Positions 1-9,000 of a stretch of 64,000 nt of DNA are shown here, in pieces. Made by a program: the position numbers and the translations under genes. The stretch is from positions 6,108 to 70,107 of the forward strand of contig JACROD010000005.1 in the NCBI GenBank assembly GCA_016214605.1, written 5' to 3'. The DNA is from Candidatus Kaiserbacteria bacterium. GTDB taxonomy: Bacteria > Patescibacteriota > Minisyncoccia > Phycocordibacterales > UBA2100. Under the pieces are notes generated by a model. That model did not search any database. It saw nothing but the letters and a program-made list of their open reading frames with translations, and had not been told where the DNA came from. Positions within the stretch are counted from its first letter, which is position 1; the number at the start of each line of letters is the position of its first letter.

Positions 1-2136
1 TTCTACGCGCAGGCGCAAGTAATGGAGGTAGCGCGCGTAATCATCGATACGGGCTTGGACTGCGGGATTGTTGGCCGCCAGATTTTCCGCCTGCTGGATA
101 TCCTGATACGAAGTACCAAGCTCGGCCGAGATCGGGCGATAGCTCGTCGCCCAACGTTCCATCATCCGCTTCATGGGCGCTTTGGCCGGGCCAAACGCGA
201 GCGTGTACCACTCGTCGATGAGTTTCACATCATCGATCGTCGTGTCCCACATGACGTGCGAAGCGACATAGTGGCCGATGCCCATCGCACCGGCACTGTA
301 AGTTGATTCGGCATTAATGCCTTTGATGTTTTCTTGGTGGTACGTGCGCAGCTTGTCCCCTATCGTCAGATAATTGAATGAAGGCTCATCGTGCGTCCAA
401 TCGGGAATGGACCAGTAGTCGTAGAGACCCATCGTGCTCACCTTGGTGCCCCATAGGGCGACCCATTGATCGTTGGTCAGCCCTGCGGTCTTCGGACTAA
501 AGCGGAACGCAAATGCCGGCTGGATGAAGACATTTGATTCGAGTGAGAAAGTCGGAGGATCGGAGTGGTTGGCGTATGCGAGCGATATAGCGGCCGCATC
601 CGGAAACTCCGCACGCAACATGCGAGCGCATTGATTGATGATGAAGAATTCCTGATCGCTTGGCGAGCCGTCGCCCACGCCGGCTGCGACCAATTCGGAT
701 ATATTGTTACCCTCCCCCGTACCATCCGAAGGCTCGACTGACATGGTGGTCGCGGCCACGCCCAGGACCTTGCGTGCAGCGCGATACCCTTTCATGATCC
801 AGTCACAATAATAGTTGACCGCTTCCGGATTTCCGGCATTGATCTTGGCAGTGACATTGAGATTGCCATTTGGGAGATAGAGCGGTGAGTATGTACCGTC
901 GATTTTTGCAAGGTATTCGGGATGTGCCGTAAGCGTGCTCACGTTCTGCGAAATGAAAGATTCGCCCATTGATTTACCAAGATGATATTCGTTGCCATAT
1001 CGTAAATGCCGATTCCAACCGATGACATCCATACTGAATTCCCCTGACCCCAGATATCGTCTACCAAGATCATTACTGAAAAATCCACCCGTGCCGGCGT
1101 AGGTGCGATTGAGAGCAAACGCCGGCGCCACCAGTTTGTCGATCGCGAGGGTGACATTGCCTTTGCGTGGCACGACCGTCCAGTTGTCTCCCGAGAGGAG
1201 CCATCGCACCCCGAGTTGCTCCAGATAGTAGTAGACGCCATAAGAGAGGCCACGCTCGTTGTTGGCGATAATCTTGAGTTGAATAGTGTCGCCGCGAATG
1301 ACAAACGCTTCGAATCCTTTTCCATTCAATTGGGCAACGGCATCTGCGGGAGCATTCGGAGAATTCGCGAGAAACAACTGGATACCGGGCACACGGGTGT
1401 ACTGACCGATATAATAATCAAAGTTGGTCATTTGCTTGAGGTATTTCTGAATATCTGCGACAACCGGACTGAGGATTGTTGAGGTTGCCGCTGCCGGACC
1501 AACCACGACGATCCTGCCGCCGTATCCGCTGTAGTATAGAGACGCATTGATGATGTCATAAGTGAAAGAAGTCACCGGGGACACTGGCTTGGTGCCCTTG
1601 CAGGCGATGGCGCGGATGATGGCGGAAGTGGCGACATTTATTCCACCCGAATATACGTTGCCGGACGCACAGGTAGGAACTACTCCATCGCGACGATAGC
1701 GGATCGTGGTGCTTGCGGAGAGATATACCGTTTGCGGCCTGCCGTATGCGCCGGGAGCAGGTACAGCACTGAGGTACGGCGTATTCATGGCCTTCAGATT
1801 CATGGTCGTCGAAGCGACATTCCCCGCGGTATCGCTTGCGGTGGCATTGATGGCATGCCATCCACTGGTGGAAGAAGCGGAGTTCCATGTTGCGGTATAG
1901 GGAGGGATCGTATCTTTGGGACCGAGGTTCACGCCGTCGAGCTTGAATTGCACACCGGTGATGCTGCTCGTGCTGCTTGCGGTCGCCGCGAGATTGACGA
2001 CGCCAGCCACTGCGGGAGTAGTGCTGATATCAGGCGAGGTAAACGTGATCGAGAGCGGTCCCGCGAAGACAGCGGAAGGGATGGCGATCAAGAAGGACGC
2101 GATGGCGGTCGTGAGAAGGCGATTGCTGCGAAACAT
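1..2136 (-). CDS. Secreted modular protein (3' end runs off the window): signal peptide + bacterial Ig-like (Big_7-type) + CHB_HEX_C/Fn3-associated + GH20/GH67-N-like + DUF4838-like catalytic domain
   Basis: Missing from the ORF track because it has no stop inside the window. Manual translation from ATG at 2136 gives MFRSNRLLTTAIASFLIAIPSAVFA (signal peptide), VQFKLDG..PPYTATWN..GWHAINATASDTAGN (Ig-like), IRYRRDGVVPT, RGLSYGVYYYLEQLGVRW, HPEYLA, LAYANHSDPP, YDYW, GINAE and YVASHVMWD..DEWYTLAFGPA (DUF4838-like). Confidence 0.75.
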   Translation of the reverse strand, partial: MFRSNRLLTTAIASFLIAIPSAVFAGPLSITFTSPDISTTPAVAGVVNLAATASSTSSITGVQFKLDGVNLGPKDTIPPYTATWNSASSTSGWHAINATASDTAGNVASTTMNLKAMNTPYLSAVPAPGAYGRPQTVYLSASTTIRYRRDGVVPTCASGNVYSGGINVATSAIIRAIACKGTKPVSPVTSFTYDIINASLYYSGYGGRIVVVGPAAATSTILSPVVADIQKYLKQMTNFDYYIGQYTRVPGIQLFLANSPNAPADAVAQLNGKGFEAFVIRGDTIQLKIIANNERGLSYGVYYYLEQLGVRWLLSGDNWTVVPRKGNVTLAIDKLVAPAFALNRTYAGTGGFFSNDLGRRYLGSGEFSMDVIGWNRHLRYGNEYHLGKSMGESFISQNVSTLTAHPEYLAKIDGTYSPLYLPNGNLNVTAKINAGNPEAVNYYCDWIMKGYRAARKVLGVAATTMSVEPSDGTGEGNNISELVAAGVGDGSPSDQEFFIINQCARMLRAEFPDAAAISLAYANHSDPPTFSLESNVFIQPAFAFRFSPKTAGLTNDQWVALWGTKVSTMGLYDYWSIPDWTHDEPSFNYLTIGDKLRTYHQENIKGINAESTYSAGAMGIGHYVASHVMWDTTIDDVKLIDEWYTLAFGPAKAPMKRMMERWATSYRPISAELGTSYQDIQQAENLAANNPAVQARIDDYARYLHYLRLRVE

Positions 2137-2260
2137 AGAGCGAATAGGTATTATGATTATCCGATACTGGTATGGGTATCATTGTGACATGGGGGGGTGT
2201 GATGCGAGTTTTGGGGTGGGGATAATCACATCATCTTTGAATACGAAATTTTTCTTACCT

Positions 2261-2286
2261 CTTGTTGAGTCTTGTTGAGTCAACAA
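2261..2286. promoter_or_regulatory. Candidate operator in the divergent intergenic region: CTTGTTGAGT x2 overlapping the palindrome TTGTTGA-G-TCAACAA
   Basis: 10-nt direct repeat at 2261-2280 and perfect 7-1-7 inverted repeat at 2272-2286, just upstream of a TACACT -10-like box at 2307-2312. Confidence 0.3.
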
Positions 2287-2321
2287 TTACATATCACTTT
2301 ATGTGGTACACTTTCTTCCAT

Positions 2322-3431
2322 ATGCAATACGACTTCGTGGCGTTTGGGGACATTGTCATCGACGCTTTTATCAAATTACAAGATGCAGAAGAGCTCGTGA
2401 ATCACGGCGTGCGTGAGCTCTGCGTACGCTTCGGTGAGAAGGTCCCCTTTGAGTCCGTCACCGAGGTGCTCTCGGTAGGCAACGGCCCCAACGCCGCCGT
2501 CGCGGCACACAAGCTCGGCCTCGCCTCGGGGCTCGTCGTCCATGTCGGCGACGATCAAAATGGAGAACGATGTATCGCAGACCTGAGGGCGCGCGGCGTC
2601 GACACCTCGCTCATCTCGGTCGATGCAGGATTCAAGACCAACTATCACTACATCTTGCAGTTTGGTCCCGAACGCACCATCCTCATCAAGCATGAGCTCT
2701 ATCCGTACAAACTCCCCGCTTTTGAGACCGCACCAAAATGGTTTTACCTCACCTCACTCCCCCTTGAGACACTCGATCATCAGCTCGAGATCGCTCGCTA
2801 TGTGAAAGCCAACGGTGTGAAGCTCGCTTTCCAGCCCGGGACATTTCAGATCAAGCTCGGCGCAGAAGCCCTCAAAGAGGTCTACTCAGTGACCGAGATA
2901 TTCTTCTGCAACAAAGAAGAGGCGCAGAAAATCCTCGGCACAGAAGAATCCGACATCAAGAAGCTCATGGAAGGTATCCGTGCGCTCGGTCCCAAGATCG
3001 TGGTCGTAACCGACGGCCCGAGCGGAGCTTATATCTCGTATGTCGAAGAAAGCGCAGGAGGCACGCAACGGGATGCAGTTCAAGGCGCGGGGAGAACGAT
3101 TTCTGGAGACGTACAAAGCGGTACGGCGACAGAAATCGTGGGGCCCCGCAACGCAGAAATGCGCCCGTTGAGTGCCTCCTGCTGGCATATGCCGATGTAT
3201 CCTGACCCCGCTCCGCCGGTATCACGCACCGGCGCGGGCGATGCCACCGCATCGACCTGTGTCGCCTACATCATCAAAGGTCTCGAGCCTAAAGAAGCAC
3301 TCATGCGCGGACTCATCAACGCCGCATCAGTAGTACAAGGCGTCGGCGCGCAGACCAAGCTCCTCACGGATGCCGAGGTCGAAGAGTGGTACGCCAAACG
3401 CCCGGCAGATTTTGTAGCAACAGCTTTGTAA
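2322..3431 (+). CDS. PfkB/ribokinase-family carbohydrate kinase carrying an in-frame 43-aa palindromic insertion
   Basis: FGDIVID, GNGPNAAVA..KLG, VGDD..G, FCNKEEA, VVTDGPSGA and the anion-hole motif RTGAGDA. Start placed at ATG 2322, 9 nt after TACACT. Confidence 0.9.
   Translation: MQYDFVAFGDIVIDAFIKLQDAEELVNHGVRELCVRFGEKVPFESVTEVLSVGNGPNAAVAAHKLGLASGLVVHVGDDQNGERCIADLRARGVDTSLISVDAGFKTNYHYILQFGPERTILIKHELYPYKLPAFETAPKWFYLTSLPLETLDHQLEIARYVKANGVKLAFQPGTFQIKLGAEALKEVYSVTEIFFCNKEEAQKILGTEESDIKKLMEGIRALGPKIVVVTDGPSGAYISYVEESAGGTQRDAVQGAGRTISGDVQSGTATEIVGPRNAEMRPLSASCWHMPMYPDPAPPVSRTGAGDATASTCVAYIIKGLEPKEALMRGLINAASVVQGVGAQTKLLTDAEVEEWYAKRPADFVATAL
3054..3182. repeat. 129-bp palindromic (RPE-like) element inserted in frame in the pfkB-family gene
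   Basis: Nested inverted arms GCAGGAGGCAC/GTGCCTCCTGC, CAACGGG/CCCGTTG, GCGGGG/CCCCGC, ACGATTTCT/AGAAATCGT, CGTAC/GTACG. Length is exactly 43 codons. Confidence 0.85.
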
Positions 3432-3454
3432 ATTGGCAAGTGCGGAAAATACAC

Positions 3455-3490
3455 AAGGGCGCCATGCACACGAGTGTGCATGGCGCCCTT
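3455..3490. terminator. Hairpin between convergent genes (probable bidirectional terminator)
   Basis: Perfect 16-bp stem AAGGGCGCCATGCACA-CGAG-TGTGCATGGCGCCCTT. Confidence 0.7.
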
Positions 3491-3506
3491 CCGCATTGCG
3501 CTCAAA

Positions 3507-3668
3507 CTAATAGTTGATGTCAGTCATAGAGGCCCCTTTCGTCTCTGTGATGGGATTCTCTAGTTGTGCGAGATCCAAGACCTTGATCGTCATAAACAAT
3601 CCGAACGATCCGATGAAAAAGACACTGATCACAAAATTGACCTGTTGTTTGAAGATGCCAGCCGACAT
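3507..3668 (-). CDS. Small hypothetical single-pass membrane protein (53 aa)
   Basis: MSAGIFKQQVNFVISVFFIGSFGLFMTIKVLDLAQLENPITETKGASMTDINY. Starts 2 nt after the transketolase C-subunit stop and ends just before the terminator. Below the ORF-track size cutoff. Confidence 0.6.
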   Translation of the reverse strand: MSAGIFKQQVNFVISVFFIGSFGLFMTIKVLDLAQLENPITETKGASMTDINY

Positions 3669-3670
3669 AT

Positions 3671-4666
3671 TTAGTGTGCCGCTTTCCTAGAGATGACCTT
3701 GCGGATCGCGTCTTTGATATGCGATACCCCCATGTGGTAATGCTCGATCAGCTCTTTGGGCTCTCCTGATTGTCCGAATTGGTCGTGGACACCGATGAAT
3801 TCGATCGGTACCGGATGTTCCTGTGCGAGCACCTCGGCGATCGCACTCCCGAGCCCTCCGGCGATCTGATGTTCTTCGACCGTGACGACCGCTCCGGCGA
3901 GTCGCGCCTGCGCTTGAATCGTCTCTCGATCAAGCGGCTTGATGGTAGCGACATTGACGACATGTACTCCTACCCCCTCATCCCCCATTTGCTTCGCCGC
4001 GAGCATCGCATTGTGCAGAAGCGGGCCCGTGGCAAAGATGACCGCCTGCGGATTGTCTGCGGTGAGAAACACTTGTGCCTTGCCTATCTCAAATGGCGTC
4101 TCGGTGGTGGTCATCAGCGGAGTCTTTTCGCGCCCGAAGCGCAGGTATACTGGGCCGTCCCATTGTGCCGCCGCGATCGTCGCCTTGCGGGCTTCTTCAG
4201 CATCGCATGGAGAGATCACGGTCATATGGGGCTGTACGCGCATGAGCGCCATGTCTTCGAGCGCCTGATGTGTCGCCCCGTCGGGACCGACCGAGATACC
4301 GGCATGCATGCCGCAGACCTTGACTGGTACGCGGTTGAGCGAGATGGTCGTGCGGATCTGCTCATTGTTGCGCCCCGGATTAAAAGCTGCATATGAGGTG
4401 ATGAATGGGATCTTGCCCGCCGCCGCAAATCCCGCGCCGAGTGTAGCGAGATTTTGCTCGGCCACACCCACCTCGATATATCGCTCGGGAAATTGCTTTT
4501 TGAATCCTTCGACGCGGGTCGATTCGGTGAGGTCGGCGCAGAGCGCCACGACCCTACTATCGGCCATAGCCGCTTCGATAAGCCCATGCCCAAAACCATC
4601 GCGCGTCGGCGACTGCTCGGGAGCATCAAACATGTTTTCTTTGAGGTGGAGGTCGGGGTTTAACAT
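3671..4666 (-). CDS. tkt: Transketolase, C-terminal subunit (pyrimidine-binding + C domain)
   Basis: TRDGFG, ADLTEST, EVGVAEQN, GPDGATHQALED, GPVYLRFGR, TVEEHQIAGGLG. Confidence 0.95.
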   Translation of the reverse strand: MLNPDLHLKENMFDAPEQSPTRDGFGHGLIEAAMADSRVVALCADLTESTRVEGFKKQFPERYIEVGVAEQNLATLGAGFAAAGKIPFITSYAAFNPGRNNEQIRTTISLNRVPVKVCGMHAGISVGPDGATHQALEDMALMRVQPHMTVISPCDAEEARKATIAAAQWDGPVYLRFGREKTPLMTTTETPFEIGKAQVFLTADNPQAVIFATGPLLHNAMLAAKQMGDEGVGVHVVNVATIKPLDRETIQAQARLAGAVVTVEEHQIAGGLGSAIAEVLAQEHPVPIEFIGVHDQFGQSGEPKELIEHYHMGVSHIKDAIRKVISRKAAH

Positions 4667-4673
4667 AGAGAGA

Positions 4674-5072
4674 AGTTTACAGTAGATAGTTTACAGATTA
4701 CAGTTTTTTAATGAGTGACTCCAGCATCTTTTGCACCTCTTTGAGTATATCGAGCAATGGTTCGTTATCGAAACCAAACAACTCCTTTGACAGTAATAAT
4801 TGCGTCTCTAGTTCGGCTGCTGATCCCGCTGCTATTCTCAGGAACTGTGTGAAGTCTTTTTTGGTGCCCCGTTTTGATCCCTCTGCTATGTTTGATGGGA
4901 TCGAAACGGCACTTCGACGCATTTGACTAGTGAGTCCAAATTTCTCTTCCGACGGGAATTTACTCGTATGCACATACAAATCACGAGCAAGATCCATTGC
5001 CTTTTGCCATACTATTAATTTTCGAAAATCATTCATGTTTTTCTGTCTACTGTAAACTGTCATCTGTAAACT
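4674..5072. mobile_element. Four-helix-bundle gene cassette bounded by inverted heptad-type repeats
   Basis: Left end AGTTTAC-AGTAGAT-AGTTTAC-AGA (4674-4697). Right end TCTACTGTAAACT (5046-5058) and ATCTGTAAACT (5062-5072) are reverse complements of the left units. Confidence 0.55.
4698..5036 (-). CDS. Four helix bundle protein (23S rRNA intervening-sequence protein family)
   Basis: FRKLIVWQKAM..FPSEEKFGLTSQMRRSAVSIPSNIAEG..F.QFLRIAAGSAAELETQL. Start placed at ATG 5036. Confidence 0.92.
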   Translation of the reverse strand: MNDFRKLIVWQKAMDLARDLYVHTSKFPSEEKFGLTSQMRRSAVSIPSNIAEGSKRGTKKDFTQFLRIAAGSAAELETQLLLSKELFGFDNEPLLDILKEVQKMLESLIKKL

Positions 5073-5073
5073 G

Positions 5074-5934
5074 CTACTGATGTTCGCTTGTTACTTTACC
5101 CTGCATGGTACGTAGCTCATGGAGAAATGTCTGCGCTTCTTCCTTGGACGGCGGTTTGCCGTGCCAGCGATAATCGCGCTCGATCTCGCGGATGCCTTTG
5201 CCGGGAATGGTGTGTGCGATGATCACGGTCGGCTTCTCGTAGATCGCCTTGGCTTCGTCGCATGCGGCGATAAACTGCGGGATGTTGTGCCCATCTATCT
5301 CGAGCACGTGCCAACCGAATGATTCGTATTTTTCGCGTAGAGGCTCAAGCGGCATGATGCTCTCTGTGTATCCATCTATCTGTATATTGTTGCGATCAAT
5401 GATACCGGTGAGATTGTAGAGCTTGTTGGCGCCCGCCCACATAGCCGCTTCCCAGATGTTGCCCGCATCATGCTCGCCGTCGGACATGGCGCAATAGATG
5501 CGATTCTGTTTGCCATCCATGCGCAGAGCGTATGCCATCCCCGCCGCTTGCGAAAGGCCGGAGCCGAGCGGGCCCGATGTGGTCTCCATACCCGGCAAGC
5601 GCAAGCGCTCGGGGTGCCCCTGCAGACGCGAGCCAAATTTGCGCAAGGTCAGGCATTCTTCTATGGGAAAATATCCCGCATGCGCCATGGCGGCATAGCG
5701 CACCGGCACGATGTGACCATTTGATAGTATGAGACGATCGCGCTCTTCCCAATCGGGATTCTGCGGGTCGTGTTTGAGCACGTTGAAATAGAGTGCTGTG
5801 AATATATCCGCCATACCGAGCGGCCCCGCCGTGTGACCACTGCCTGCCGCGACAAGCATCTCGATGATGGTCTGCCGGATCGCATTGGCGCGCGCAGTCA
5901 GCTCGTATACCTCAGAGTCGGTGAGCGGTTGCAT
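5074..5934 (-). CDS. tkt: Transketolase, N-terminal (TPP-binding) subunit
   Basis: GSGH, DRLILSNGH, LQGHP, GPLGSGLS, SDGEHDAGNIWEA, IDRNNIQIDG, HTIPGKG. Confidence 0.95.
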   Translation of the reverse strand: MQPLTDSEVYELTARANAIRQTIIEMLVAAGSGHTAGPLGMADIFTALYFNVLKHDPQNPDWEERDRLILSNGHIVPVRYAAMAHAGYFPIEECLTLRKFGSRLQGHPERLRLPGMETTSGPLGSGLSQAAGMAYALRMDGKQNRIYCAMSDGEHDAGNIWEAAMWAGANKLYNLTGIIDRNNIQIDGYTESIMPLEPLREKYESFGWHVLEIDGHNIPQFIAACDEAKAIYEKPTVIIAHTIPGKGIREIERDYRWHGKPPSKEEAQTFLHELRTMQGKVTSEHQ

Positions 5935-6011
5935 CTATCTATTGTATCTCACTTTGCTCAGCCTTAATTGCTCACGAGGTGGACAAAACCCATGCTGATT
6001 CCTACCCCCTA

Positions 6012-9000
6012 TTAATTCGAAATAAAGTTCAGCTTTGAGAAGTTGATGCCGTGGTTGTACCCGCCCGCGGTGGACCAGAAGTATAGCTTGATGGTCTTTG
6101 GTTTGCGCCAGTTGGCCGTGCTGTCGAACGTGGGTGTCGTCACGGGAGTGTACGAGCCATAGGTGATAGTCACGTTCCCACCATTTGCCTTGATCGAGAA
6201 CGGCTGCACTTTCCTTATGGCCAACAAGAACGACTTGAATTCCGTCATCTGAAAGATCACCTGGTTGTTAGCGAAGACCCTATAATCGTTCGCTGTCACC
6301 TGTTTTGTATACAGGCGCGAGATTACCTTGCCTGCGTCATCCAATACGTCGAAATACATGCCTTCGTAATCACCCATATTTGGCGATCCTGACAAACCTG
6401 ACGCGAATACCACCGCACCAGTAAGCATCCAGCTGGTTGTTGAAGCGTCCGGGGTACCCAAGTCGCGAGTGACTGTCGCATTTGCAGCAGGTCGGTGCGC
6501 AAAGAGAATGTCGATGTCAGGTGAATCGTACAGGTGTTTGTTCCACGGGTAGTTTTTGAGACTCGTTATGACCTTCCACCAATCAGTTTGCAAATTATTA
6601 GTGGTGTCGGTCGCGGGCGTACGGCGCCAACCAGCAGTATCGTCGGCAACACTGCTGTCGTAGGGCAGGCCTGCGAGGAGATCAGTCGGGTCCTTACGGG
6701 GGACATACTTGGCTGCATCCCAGTTGACCGGGATCTTTTGCTCGCTAATGCTCGAGAGATTATCGATCTTCCAACGATGAATCCCGCCGTGCCAGCCTTC
6801 GTCGTTTTGATACACGTAGATCGCACCATCGGGACCTTTCACGAGCCCCTGCGCCGCCGCATTACCTGCAAGGCCCGCCTGACCTTCGTTCTCTTGGCCA
6901 TTCGGCAGATCCTGCTCTACAGTGCCAAATTCACCGATCATGAGACCGTCGTCACTGACGTGTGTCCACATATTCGACTGATCTCGACCGCACTTCCACC
7001 CCTCGCCCTGGTAATGCCAGAAGATGTTGTTATCGACGGCATGCGCAAAACTGCCAGCAACGTAGACACGTTCGTTATTGTTGAACGTCCCGTCTCCCGG
7101 CCATTCACTACAGTAGTGGATGCCCGTCGATGGTGCAGTCTTCCACCGCCAAGTACCGGTGTTTGTATCGAGTCCGGCAAGATGATAGCCTTTGTGGTCT
7201 ACTGGATCGGTTGCATACGCCCCCGTAAAAACAGGACTGCGTGCATCGAACGAGACAATGATGCCCGAATTGGTCATTTCCCAGGGGACGAAACTCCCTC
7301 CCGAGGGTAGATTGTAGTGATCGTCCGAAGAAGCAAGGATAGGTGACGTACCGACCACTTTCTCGAGACCCCACTGCGGATCACCTGCAGCGGTAAATCC
7401 GGTCAGCGGCTTCTTTCTCCATTCGAAGGACTCTCCGATTTTTGGTCGATTCACCACATGTAACGAGCCGTCTTTATAGAGTGTATAATTGTAGTTCGGA
7501 GTCGAAGCGCTGGTAAAACGCAGGGTTCCAATTTCCGGGAATTCGACCACATCGAATTTGGCTGTTTGGAAGTTGCGCAGAAGCCCGTAGGTACGCCCGT
7601 TGTTGAGGGTTGTCATGCCGAATGGTACTGCGAAGACATTTTTTGACGCCAGCACGTATTGCGGAGGAAGCTTCTCTTTCACTATCCCCCAATTCTTCAC
7701 GAGCTTCCATGAGCCAGTATTGGGCCCCTGCGGCTTTGCATAATCGACGGCGAATTCGAGAAACCCCGCAAAGATCCGCTGGGGATTATTGGGATCGACG
7801 GCGGTATTGTAGAAAAGTGGCACCCATGAGACTGATTCAAGGAGTGTGCGGCTCGCACTGAAGTGCTGCGAGCGATCATTGCCTGAGTCACCCACCCAGA
7901 AGGAACCATCGGGAGCATAGGTGAGAAATGTCCAATCGACACCGCCACGGAAGGTGATGTTATTGAAGTTGTGAAAGGAAAACTTATCCACGGCGACATT
8001 CGGATCACTAAGGTAGCCGCCTGGTTTGCCATAGATCCACGTAGAAGATGCGGTCGTGTTACTGAAGGCCTTGACCTGGTGGCTCGTGCCGCCATCAGCG
8101 ACAAGGAGCGTTGCATTGTCGGGTGAGATGGCAAGTGTCAAGGGTTTAGAAAGACCGGTGATCTTGAGATTGGAGATAGCCGAGAGCGAGCCGTCGGCGG
8201 CAACAGTATACTTTTGTACGACTGCCGCCGTCTCGGATCCGGTAATGACCCAGAGATTGCCGCTCATATCCGTTGCGATCTTGCGCGGTGCGGTCATGGC
8301 GATGGCACGCACGAAGGCGCCGGTCGTCTTGTTGAGAACATCTATTTTGTTCAGATCGCCATGCGCCACAAAGAGGTAATCGCCGCTCTTCTGTACCGCA
8401 AGACCCGTGATGGTCGAGGAAGCAACATCGAGATTGTTGATGGCGCTGTACTTTCTCGGCACACCATCGGGACCAGCGACGCCGATGGTAACATCGGTAC
8501 CACTGAGGAATTTCACCATGGTGTCGTCGCTCACTTTGGTGGCATATACATAGACGTGGTTGTTGACGTTGGGATATCCGCCCCAGTCCATACCATCCCA
8601 GTACACATAATTACCATCGGTTGCGACGTAGAGAGCTATCGGGCCGGTGTAATGGAACGCCGTAGGAAGAATAATCGTTTTGGCCTGAGGATTCGAAACA
8701 CTTGTTTTGAACGTGCCGGAGCGCGCCTCGTTGTAAGCGGTAGTGTAGTAGATGGTCGAACCCGTGATTGCCATGCCGTAGATGACATCCTGCGCATGAA
8801 GTGTGGTGGAGTCCGTAAAACTGGTCGAGGTGTTACCGATCACGTCCCAGCTATAGCGGACGTTATTGGAGAGAATGCGGACCTCATAAATGCCGCCTGG
8901 GGCAACCGCACCGCCGTCTTTGGTACCATCCCACGTCGCAGTGTGCGCTCCGGCAGAATACTGTACATTGCTCCAGAGTGTCTTTATAAGCGTTCCGTTT

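Noticed and set aside
4698-5036. Diversity-generating retroelement (the four-helix protein resembles Avd)
   Set aside because: No reverse transcriptase is present in the window. The repeat pairs I compared differ at synonymous positions of all bases, not specifically at adenines.
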